This document shows, in pieces, positions 9,988 through 22,657 of a stretch of 31,559 nucleotides of DNA (its first letter is position 1; the number at the start of each line of letters is the position of its first letter). The notes beneath the pieces are model-generated. The model saw nothing but the letters and a program-made list of their open reading frames with translations. It did not search any database and was not told the origin of the DNA. The position numbers and the translations under genes were made by a program. This stretch comes from Octopus sinensis (lineage: Eukaryota), in contig NW_021832496.1 of the NCBI RefSeq assembly GCF_006345805.1, positions 1-31,559 on the forward strand, written 5' to 3'.

Positions 9988-10689
9988 TCTACACACGTAC
10001 TTTTGTATTTTTCTATACACATTTTTTTGCTATCTAAAATTTTTTGCTGCTTATACAACCAGTAAAATATACATTTTTCAATTCGAAAACGACCATTTGA
10101 AACTTGAAACTCATAAACAGAATAAACTCACTGTAAACATTATTATTAATAATATAATTATTTTCTACCATTTTATCCAGAACTGCAGTGTCAGGATAGA
10201 TCTACGTAATTCCCTAATACTTGAAAAAAAAAAAAATTTTAATTCACGCCTTTTCCAAGCAACAAACGTTGCGTGGGAAGCTAATAAAAGTATTACAGTT
10301 GCAAACAACGTCATGTCTATTGATCGAAGGAAACGTAAACGGACACAACAGCAGCAGATAAGATTGTTGATAAAACGGATCGAAACCGCAAAGTAAACTC
10401 AAATTTCTGAAATTTTACTACTTACTACGCACAAATCCTATTAAATGAGATCATAAACAATCGAGTAGATTAATGACATTATTGTATTAACAATCTGACG
10501 AAACTTTCCCCTTCTCTCCTTTTTCTTCGCCGTCTTTTGTTAATCTTTCATTTCATCATCATTGCAGGATATCTTCCAGAGACGTCTTAATGAAACACGC
10601 TAATTTATGATCATTTATATGGGTGTCTCTGACCTCCCAGACCAGACAATCATTCATGAAACGGAAAACTCATATAAACATATACAACC

Positions 10690-11261
10690 GACATACAAAT
10701 TACATACATACATACATATATACATTCATGCATACATACATACATACATACATACATACATACATACATACAAGCATGTCTGTGATATATATATATATAT
10801 ATATATAATATATATATAATATATATATCCATACATACATACATACATAGATATATAATATATAAGTATATAAATATAAGTATATACATATGCATATTTT
10901 GATATCTCTATGTGTATGTGTTGTATATATATATAATATATATGTGTGTGCATTTATACATATACATAAATAAATGTATATGTATATTATATATATATAT
11001 ATATATGTATATGAATATATATATATATATGTATTTATTTGTATATATATATATATATATATATCAGTAATAATATAGGGTGAAATTAATTAGATAGATT
11101 GCCGTCATTTCTTTCTCTCTTGCCTGTCTGTGTTTGCCTTTCAAGTGCTGTGGTTTTACTGAGATCTCCCTTTTAGTAGAAAGAATAGCTATAACTCTTT
11201 GACTGCTATTCTAAATTCGGTGTGTGGTGAGGCAAATCGTTGCTAAACCCTTAATTACTTA

Positions 11262-11325
<64 letters not shown>
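10690..11325. repeat. (CATA)n and degenerate (TA)n tracts (10690-11064, 11263-11325)
   Basis: Direct reading. Confidence 0.9.
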
Positions 11326-11326
<1 letters not shown>

Positions 11327-11778
11327 CGTGTGTTGGTACATATATTCTTCAACTGTGTCGTTTTTCTTTCACTTCTTCCCCTTCATCCTTCTTTCTCCGA
11401 GTTTCTCCCCGTTTTGCCCATGCTCTAGATCCTCCTCCTCCACCCCCTTCTTGCTTATCCACTCAGATAATCTATTAGGATATCTCTTTATACGTATTTT
11501 CTTAATCCAACATTTCGTTGCTTAAAAGAAGTAACAAAAAACAACAACAACAATAAAACAAACAAAAAACCAACAAGCAAATAAAACTACTTTATAAATA
11601 ACATGTATATTTCACTCACTCTGCTCCACCCACAAGCTGTACAGAAGTATACACACAGCAGGTAGGACTTAAAAAATATTCAGTCTGATCAAGTCATCCC
11701 GCAGCGAAAGTTCAAAATTACTGTTATTTCTCTTTTAAGCACATACGTACGTACGTACGTACATACATACATACATAC

Positions 11779-11965
11779 TGATAGATCGTTAGCTCCTACA
11801 CGCATTTTGTTCTCTCCTTGTTTTTTTCTGTGTATCTTTCTGTCGAAGAGCGTAGGCTCGAAACGTAAAAGACTTTTTCTATTCCTGAGCGTTATACTAA
11901 GACATCTGTTTGTTTTGTACACCACCTGTCTTCGTCTTTTGTTTTTTTCGTAAACTTTCCCTTTA
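11779..11965 (+). mobile_element. short interspersed repeat carrying a hammerhead-like motif (family E, probable Penelope-type terminal repeat)
   Basis: Highly similar to 30212-30410 over ~185 bp (GATAGATCGTTAGC...GAAGAGCGTA.GCTCGAAACGTAAAAGAC...TGTACACCACCTGTCTTCGTCTTTTG). Confidence 0.75.
11835..11872 (+). ncRNA. minimal type-I hammerhead fold with variant core CUGUCGA
   Basis: TCTTT-CTGTCGA-A-GAGC-GTAG-GCTC-GAAAC-GTA-AAAGA: perfect 5-bp stem I, 4-bp stem II, ACGT palindrome, NUH triplet GUA; A6 replaced by U. Confidence 0.6.
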
Positions 11966-12249
11966 CATACATACATACATACATGCAAAAACTCTCTCAT
12001 GTACACACGAAAATCTCTTTTATATCTTCTAGCGATCTGATCAGAACTAGTAGAAATAACCAGCAACACCGGAAGTTTTCTGATGTGTCACGTGCTGGCA
12101 TGCGTTACGTCATCTGCATGCCTAACACTGTGGTTTATACGAGAGAGGAAGCAGTAGTGAGGTTAAGCTTATAATGACACCGGCAGCCATGACACAAAGC
12201 TGATAAAGTTCTTGGACAATTGTATAAATTCTATCTTTTTCCGAATAGT

Positions 12250-12420
12250 CTTTTACTTGCTTCATTCATTAGAGTGGGGCCATGGGGGCGCACCGCCTTG
12301 AAAAATTTTTTATTCGAATGAATTAATCCCAGTACTTTATTTTTTTTTGCTGAGCCTGGTACTTATTCTATCGGTCTCTTTTGCTGAACTGCTAAGTTAC
12401 GGAGCCATAAACGCATCAAC
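12250..12420 (-). mobile_element. diverged 3' module of SINE type B
   Basis: TTTTACTTGCTTCATTCATT...GGCCATG...GCACCGCCTTG...GTACTTATTCTATCGGTCTCTTTTGCTGAACTGCTAAGTTACGG. Confidence 0.7.
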
Positions 12421-12462
12421 ACTAAGATACACACACACACTACACGCACACACACACATACG

Positions 12463-12509
<47 letters not shown>

Positions 12510-12654
12510 TTGTTGTCTACACCACCTTTTGTGAATTCTCCTTTATTGTATTTTTTTTATTGTATTTATATTTGTGTAACATTGTCTGTTTTCCCGTCCT
12601 TGTTTTTGTATACATTCGTTGCTTTCGTCCATGGAATCTAATGCTCTTAGCTTA

Positions 12655-12855
12655 GTTTTTCCTTGGGGCTGGCCAGAATGGAGTAATATCAAGAATAATC
12701 AGCTGAAATTGCGAGGATAATCTGGTTCTTGACTGAAGACAGAAAACTTCGAATGACACGTCCTTGTTGTCTTTGTATCGTCTATCTGGATATTTTGTTG
12801 TCCCTTTTTGTATCATCTAGTTGTCCGGATGCTTTGCGTTCTTGTCCCATTTTAT
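12655..12855 (+). repeat. interspersed repeat family F
   Basis: ATAATCAGCTGAAATTGCGAGGATAATCTGG...GACTGAAGAC...CTTCGAATG...TTTGTATCGTCT is the reverse complement of 31234-31350. Confidence 0.7.
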
Positions 12856-13121
12856 ATATATATATATATATACCAATTATATACGTTTTTATCATTTTTT
12901 GCAATTTTCTTAATCATTGGTATTTTATTGTTATTTTAATTTTAACTTTTCTATTATATGTAATTTTCTAGATGGTGTAATTTAATTGTTCATTTTGAAT
13001 TGATAAAAGGTATTTTTTCTAATTTTTATATATATATATTATATTGTGTGAAATTTGATTTAGTATTTCTAAATTGAATTTTTTTTCCCTGTAAGTTTGG
13101 ATTTATATTCCCTCAAATAAT

Positions 13122-13162
<41 letters not shown>

Positions 13163-13174
13163 TATATACATATA

Positions 13175-13326
13175 CGATGAGCTTTTTTTTTCAGTTTCCG
13201 TCTACAAATTCACTCACAAGGCTTTGGTCAACTCGAGGCTATAGTAAAAGTGCCACTCAAGGGTATTGAACCCGAAACCATGTAGCTAGAAAGCAAGCTC
13301 CTTACCACACAGCCACCCCTGCGCCT
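13175..13326 (-). mobile_element. head and CORE of SINE type B with internal deletion
   Basis: CAGTTTCCGTCTACAAATTCACTCACAAGGCTTTGGTC...ACCACACAGCCACCCCTGCGCCT. Confidence 0.8.
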
Positions 13327-13983
13327 AAAATATGTGTATTTTATTCATCTTTCTCAATTCTTTGATTTCACGTTCAAATTCCTATTCTCATCAAATACTA
13401 TCAAGTGACGAATATCTCCCTTGTCATAGCGACCAAGGAGGGGTACTATACGTGTAAATATAAAGCAAAAAAGGATTGTTATAGAAAGTTCTATGAAAAT
13501 ATTTCTAGATCTAGAGTCTAGAAAAAAAAAACAAGTAAAAGAAAAAAAACACAACGTTTTAGTTTGGATAATGTATGTTTTCCAGCATTTGATCTTGTGA
13601 TCTTATTCGTTATTTTATTAGGAGAAAAAATTGATTATATCGATCAGAGATCAATAATACCACTCGGAGTTTTTCTTACCCTCTTAACCTCTATTTAGTG
13701 TTTGTAATACAAATGTGCTGAGATCACTACTAGCAATAAAGATACAGTTGCCCTGTCTGTCTGTTTGTCTATCTGTCTGTTTGTCTGTCTGCCTATCTAT
13801 ATATACATATACATACACAAATACATACATATACATATACAGACACACACAGACTCACACAAACACATGCACACATATATATAGTTCAAATTTACAGAAA
13901 ACAAAAGACGAAGACAGGTGTATTAGTTTAATGCTCGGGAAAAATGAAATATATATATATACGTATATACAGATGTATATATA

Positions 13984-14014
<31 letters not shown>

Positions 14015-14098
14015 TATGTATATAACTCTAAAGCCACAAAGTACTAATAGTTATACACACGCACATATATATATATAACTATATATACATACAAGGTG

Positions 14099-14144
<46 letters not shown>

Positions 14145-14161
14145 TTATATACATATACATA

Positions 14162-15361
14162 TAGGGTGCGTAAGATATTTGGGGACATACTTTGGGGGGG
14201 GGGTCATTGTTGCAGTTTTTGCTAACTTTGTATAATCTTTGTTTCAGAAAATGATAAAGGCAGACCCTCAGCTTACTCAAGAAATGAAGAGGCATGCCGT
14301 TATTGTGGTTCTAAAGACTGAGTATTTCGATTTAGAAATATCTCGAGTTTTATAAGTTGCTACAATTTTCGTCTTCAAAGTTTGTAAGGAGTTAGAGACT
14401 GAAGATGGAAACGTATCACCAGTATCAAAGCATAAAAGGCATTCTAAACGCTTTGAAATCGTCAGAACACCTGAATTTATCCAGCAAGTTCAACAAACCA
14501 TTGATTACAATCTGAGAAAGACCCTGAGGTCAATTGCAAAAGATCTCCATGTGTCAGAAGGAACAGTCAGAAATGTTGTCCACGAAGACATAAGATATAA
14601 GTCTTATATGATGAGGAAAGATCAATTTGTCAGAAAAAGCAAAAACATATCACATCAGACCTAAGAGGCTCTTAAACAAACTGAAAAATTCGGCAGAAGA
14701 TTTGATTTTTCTCAAACGAGAAAAACTTCGACCAAGATCAAAAAGTTAACAGAAGAAATGACAGATGGCTACATGCAGACCCTTCTGAGGTTCCAAGTGT
14801 TATGCATACAGAATTTCCTGCAACTGTCATGGTTTTAGGGGCTGTCAGCAATGGAGGATATGTGATGCCTCCTTACTGCTTTCCACAAGGCCTTAGAGTT
14901 AACTCTGCCGCCTACATTGAGGTTCTGGAAATAATTGTTAAGCCCTGGATAAACAGTATATATGGTTCTAGTAACACAGGAATGGATGGCTGAAAATTTT
15001 CATGATCACGCAACCCCTAACATTTGGTCTCCTACTTCCCCAGATCTCAATCCATTGGTCTATTATATGTGGAGCGTTGTTGAGAGAGAGAGGTCAATGA
15101 ACACACCCATAAAACCAAAGATTCTTTGAAAGCTGCCATAGTCAGAGTAATGTCCAAAATAAACCAGTACTACTTGGTTCGAGCATGTAAGTGATTTAGA
15201 TCTCATACAGAAGCTGAAGGTGGACTTATTGAATAACATTATAGAAAAGAAGGTTTATTTTTATCCTTATAGTATTTTTAGATAAATAAAGTTATTATCT
15301 GTTATTATATATATCTGTTTTTTATAAACATAATCTGTCCTGAAATATCTTACGCACCCTG
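14162..15361 (+). mobile_element. Tc1/mariner superfamily DNA transposon (maT/DD37D-like), 1200 bp
   Basis: 26-bp TIRs TAGGGTGCGTAAGATATTTGGGGACA (14162-14187) and TGTCCTGAAATATCTTACGCACCCTG (15336-15361), 3 mismatches; flanking TA at 14160-14161 and 15362-15363; internal transposase relic. Confidence 0.93.
14251..15236 (+). pseudogene. transposase pseudogene (DD37D/maT-like)
   Basis: HTH-like RSIAKDLHVSEGTVRNVVHEDIRYKSY; FFSNEKNFDQDQKVNRRNDRW; PATVMVLGAVSN; VKPWI; WSPTSPDLNPLVYYMWS; AEGGLIE*. Stops, frameshifts and a deletion of the QQDSAP region. Confidence 0.9.
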
Positions 15362-16106
15362 TAGTATGTATGGAATATGCGTGTATGTGTATATATAAAT
15401 GTATACACGGTCATAAATAATTCTATTTTTGCCTGTCTGTCATTCTGTCTCTGTCTCTCTCCTCTCTCCTTTCTTTGTCTCTGCCCCTGCCCTCTCTCCG
15501 TCTCTCTTTCCGTAATTACATTAATAACAGAGGGTTTGAAATTCCGATCCTACCTTTCAAATCTTCTCACCTTTAACAGGTTATTTTTACATTTAATGCT
15601 ATTTTTATCTCACCAGAAAAAAAAAACCTATCAAAAGAAACAAAATCCTTGTCAAAGTAGCTGAAATCCAGCTTGCCCGGAGCTCCAGACACCTTAGAAT
15701 TAGTCTTGCCACTGATTAAAAAATGGTACTATACACATATTTAGCATGTGTGCCACCATCAAAACACTAAACTCTATTCCTGTACATATTTAAAAAGTGA
15801 CATAACCTTACGCCAAATATTTTCATATTCATAAAAATGTTTTTTATATAAATTTTTTTTGGCGTTTTTCCCAGTTGCTTTGAGCATATTAACTAATATA
15901 ATCATCTTTGAAAGTTGCTCCAAGCAAAAATACACTCTAAAAACTCCATTAGGCACACTATGAAATCTAATAAGGTTTTTTACTGACAATATTGACAACA
16001 AGGGGTGTTTGGGGGTCGGCGTATGCTTTCACGTGTAGGTGATGGTATTGTTGAATTAGCTTTTGTGTTGGCGTGGATGGAGTAGCGGGCATTAGCGATG
16101 GCAAAA

Positions 16107-17660
<1,554 letters not shown>

Positions 17661-17831
17661 ATGATAATAATAAATGAAATTTGCTGAGATAAGTGTCCGG
17701 TCATTTATTTCTTGAGATATTTCTTGTTCTTTAGCATCGACGCAAGAAATTCACTTATTTAGCGAATATAATTTGCATACGACGAAACACACACACACAC
17801 AACACACCACACCACGTAGAATTAGTATGTA

Positions 17832-17840
17832 TGTAATACA

Positions 17841-17916
<76 letters not shown>

Positions 17917-17922
17917 ACTATC
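17832..17922. repeat. (TATC)n microsatellite
   Basis: Direct reading. Confidence 0.97.
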
Positions 17923-18303
17923 TATGACTGCGGCCATGCTGGAGCACCGCCTTTTGTCGAGCAATTCGCCCCCAGGACCTATTCTTTGTAAGCCTAGTAC
18001 TAATTCTATCGGTCTCTTTTCCCGAACCGCTAAGTTACGGGGACACAAACACACCAGCATCGGTTGTCAAGCGATGTTGGGGTGGAGGACAAACACAGAC
18101 ACACAATCATATACACACACATACATATATACATATATACGATGGGCTTCTTTCAGTTTCCGTCTACCAAATCCACTCGCAAGGCTTTGGTCGGCCCGAG
18201 GCTATAGTAGAAGACACTTGCCCAAGGTGTCACGCAGTGGGACAGAACCCGAACCATGTAGTTGGTAAGCAAGCTACTTACCACACAGCCACTCCTGCCC
18301 CTA
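17920..18303 (-). mobile_element. CORE-type SINE type B lacking the extreme tail
   Basis: Colinear with 4600-4969, including the internal (CA)/(TA) segment. Confidence 0.88.
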
Positions 18304-18916
18304 TAGCCCCTCCTGCGTCTATATATATATATATAAGTAGTTGAATGAATTATCTTAGTATGGATAATTCGGTTAACCGATACCTGGGTAGCCTTATCGC
18401 TATGGACTCCGTGTGGGCAGTCATCTAAGAGTTTTTGTTCATCTTGATGCTGACATAAGTTCCTTGTTTTTCCTGGTGAGAAGGCGGCATAATGCACCTC
18501 TTATTCCTTCGAAATTAGGAATATGCAGCCTTCGAAACATATGTCGAGAATAAAGGAATTTTGTTAAATCGTCGTTCAACTCCATTCTTTCATTTATTTA
18601 TATATATATATATACATATATATAATTCTGTATTTGTTTGGTTAGGTGCCAATCATATCAACGTGGGAACTGCTGAATCGATCACTAGATATTGTTGATT
18701 ATAGTTTATAGTTTATTTTTTGGGGTCTTAAATCTTCCGATAGAGTAACGACAGAAAAAGCCAGTCCTGGTGGTATTAGAACACGAAGATGAATGGCAAT
18801 AAATAATGGAAAATATTTGAACTATTTTGTTTCCGGCTGTACGTTAACTCGTCCAGTGTTGCACAACGAGATCAAGCCCAGAATTATGTTCTTCCGGAGC
18901 GGACTACATAAAACAG

Positions 18917-19158
18917 AATACACACACACACACACACACACATACACACACACACTACACTACACACACACACTACACTACACACACACACTACACTACA
19001 CACATACACACACACACACTACACTACACACATACATACACACACACTACACTACACACATAACACACACACTACACTATACACATACACACACACTACA
19101 CTACACTATACACATACACACACACACTACACTACACACATACACACACACTACACTA

Positions 19159-19199
<41 letters not shown>

Positions 19200-19513
19200 A
19201 CACACACTACACCACACACACACCACACCTAAACACACACACCACACAACACTAACACATACACACACACTACACCAACACACACACAACTACACTACAC
19301 ACATACACACACACACTACACTACACACATACACACACTACACACATACACACACACACTACACACTACCACCACACACTACACTACACACACAACACGC
19401 CCACACACACACACACTACACTATACACATACACAGACACACACATTACACTACACCATACACGCACACACCTACATTACACACATCACAACAACGCACA
19501 CACACACTACACT

Positions 19514-19544
<31 letters not shown>

Positions 19545-20481
19545 AGCACACTACACTACACACACTACACACACACACGCACACACACACTATACTACAC
19601 ACACATACACACACACAACGCGCACACACCACACATAACTACACCATCACACACACACGCGCACACACACACACGCGCACACACACACACACACACACTA
19701 CACACAGACACACACACGCACACACACACTACACTACACACACACACACACACCACACACACTACACTACACTATACACATACACACACCACTACACTAC
19801 ACACATACACACACACTACACTACACACACATACACAACACACGACACACACACACTACACACACACACACACACCACACATACACACACACACACAACA
19901 CTACACATACACACACACTACACACACACACACACACTACACTACACACATACACACACACACTACACTACACACATACACACACTACACACATACACAC
20001 ACACACTACACACATACACACACACACTACACTACACACATACACACGCACACACACACACACTACACTATACACATACACAGACACACACATTACACTA
20101 CACACATACACGCACACACACACACTACATTACACACATATACACACACACACGCGCACACAAGCACACTACACTACACACATACACACACACACACACA
20201 CGCACACAAGCACACTACACTACACACATACACACACACACACGCACACACACACTATACTACACACATACACACACACACGCGCACACACACACTATAC
20301 TACACACATACACACACACACGCGCACACACACACACACACTACACTACACACAGACACACACACGCACACACACACTACACTACACACACACACACACA
20401 CACACACACACTACACTACACACATACACACACACATACGCACACACACATACACTACACACATACACACACACACACACA
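18917..20481. repeat. 1.56-kb (CA)n tract interrupted by ACTAC, CATA and CGCA variants
   Basis: Direct reading. Confidence 0.95.
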
Positions 20482-20860
20482 CTTTTCTCTCACATCCATT
20501 AGTTCCCCATACTGGCTCGAAGCCATATACATGTAGAGAAGCTGTATATGCGGTTACTGATCTTACATATGTATTTATTGATTCTCAACATTTCTATTTA
20601 TTTATCAGCGTTTAAGATTTCAAAAAAAGAAAAAAAAATTGTAACAGATCGAATTGACCAATGAGAAAGCATCCTTGTCCCATATTTAAAAAAAAAAAAA
20701 AGTTTCATGAATTTTGACTGGAAATGAGACGATTTGGCGAGGCTGTTTGGAGCGGTGACGATTTGTCACGGCTGGCGGCAAACTTTCGCACACGCCCACG
20801 CGCCTATGTACGCGCGTAAAAATTACACATACAGATAGAAAGTGTGAGAGTGTCAGATTA

Positions 20861-20905
20861 AGATATAGATAGATAAATAGCTAGATAGATTGGTAGATAG
20901 GTACG

Positions 20906-20952
<47 letters not shown>

Positions 20953-21391
20953 GATAGATAGAGATAGAGAGAGAGAGAGAGAGAGATCCATCCATACATA
21001 CATACATGCATACATACATACATACATAAATACATACATACATACATACATGCATGCATGCATGCATACATACATACATACATACATACATACATACATG
21101 CATACATACATGCATGCATACATAAATACATACATACATACACACACATACACATACATACATACATACATACATACATACATACATACATACATACATG
21201 CATGCATACATACATACATACATGCATACATACATGCATTCATGCATACATACATGCATACATACATACATGCATACATACATACATACATGCATACATA
21301 CATGCATATACATACATACATACATACATACATGCATGCATACATACATACATACATACATACATACATACATACATACATACATGCATGT

Positions 21392-21422
<31 letters not shown>

Positions 21423-21686
21423 CATACATGCATATATACATGCATATACATACATACATACATACACACACATACACATACATACATACATGCATGCATA
21501 CATACATACATACATACATGCATACATACATACATACATGCATACATACATGCATATACATACATACATACATCATACATACTACATACATACACACACA
21601 TATACATACATACATACATACATACATACATACATACATACATACATACATACATACATGCATGCATACATACATACTTATACATA
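20861..21686. repeat. (GATA)n, (GA)n, then (CATA)n/(CATG)n tract
   Basis: Direct reading. Confidence 0.96.
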
Positions 21687-22197
21687 CGAAGAGTTTCAAC
21701 AATTTTCGCCCACAAAATTCGCTCACCAGGAGCTGGCCGTTCCGCGAAATTTCTTTTTGCCGCAAGAGTTCCGGACCCCAGTTATGAACTCATTTGCATA
21801 CAGCTCAACTATCAAACTAATTTATGAGCGCATAACAGGTGATGGGTGATAAGATAAGGTCGCTTGGGTAAGGAATGACCATGCTCATTTCTCTTTTAAT
21901 AATGCTTGTTGTTCTTGATTGTGTTTCAACCATGGCTGCCTCTGCGTAGTTATTTGTATTGTTTACTTTGTAAAACAGTTTGGGGAGAGGGTTGCTAGCA
22001 CATCACCCTCTACCCACATTTTTCCCATCCACATCTTTACCATAAGGGACCCCAACAAAATCCGATAATCGGCATAGATGCAAATCCATCTAATTACTTG
22101 TCTCCTAAAATCAGGCATAACTTGGCGATCGGTCGACTTACAACACCGTTCTTCGTCCTGAGTTTACTCGGTAGAGTGTGTTTGTTAACTTGACAAG

Positions 22198-22643
22198 AAG
22201 GTGAAAGTGAGCTCTGATTGGCTGTATGCAAATGAGGTCATGGCTGGGGTCCCGAACTCTCGTGGGAAAAAATTTCGCGACCTATCCGGGGCTATAGCAC
22301 AAGATACTTGCCTATGGTGCTGCGCAGTGTGATTGCGGTCAAGGTGAAAGTGAACTCTGATTGGCTGTATGCGAATGAGGTCATGGCTGGGGTCCGGAAC
22401 TCTCGTGGGGAAAAAAATTCGTGACCTATCCGGGGCCATAGCACAAGATACTTGCCTATGGTGCTGCGCAGTGTGATTGCGGTCAAGGTGAAAGTGAGCT
22501 CTGATTGGCTGTATGCGAATGAGGTCATGGCTGGGGTCCGGAACTCTCGTGGGAAAAAAATTTCGCGACCTATCCGGGGTATCCTTGTACCATATTGCAC
22601 AAGATACTTGCCTATGGCGCTGCACAGTGTGATTGCGGTTAAG
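22198..22643. repeat. three tandem ~143-bp units (starts 22198, 22341, 22485; the third has a ~15-bp insertion)
   Basis: Near-identical units AAGGTGAAAGTGAGCTCTGATTGGCTGTATGC(A/G)AATGAGG...GTGTGATTGCGGT(C/T)AAG. Confidence 0.97.
22217..22279. promoter_or_regulatory. dense motif cluster in each unit: inverted CCAAT, octamer, CSL-like and E2F-like sites
   Basis: ATTGG 22217-22221, ATGCAAAT 22226-22233 (ATGCGAAT in units 2-3), CGTGGGAA 22261-22268, TTTCGCG 22273-22279. Motif matches only; function untested. Confidence 0.4.
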
Positions 22644-22657
22644 CTTCTTAACCGCAA
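22633..22657. other. perfect hairpin, 11-bp stem and 3-nt loop
   Basis: TTGCGGTTAAG-CTT-CTTAACCGCAA. Confidence 0.95.

Noticed and set aside
21817-22089. 91-codon minus frame with one in-frame TGA (selenoprotein idea)
   Set aside because: No resemblance to a selenoprotein motif I know and no SECIS recognised; likely chance.
22304-22314. ATACTTGCCTA resembling the U1 snRNA 5' end downstream of an octamer
   Set aside because: It mismatches ATACTTACCTG and has no U1 stem-loops or Sm site.
22198-22643. CRISPR-like array
   Set aside because: Units are ~143 bp and contiguous with no unique spacers; the context is eukaryotic with no cas genes. The same applies to 25545-26501.
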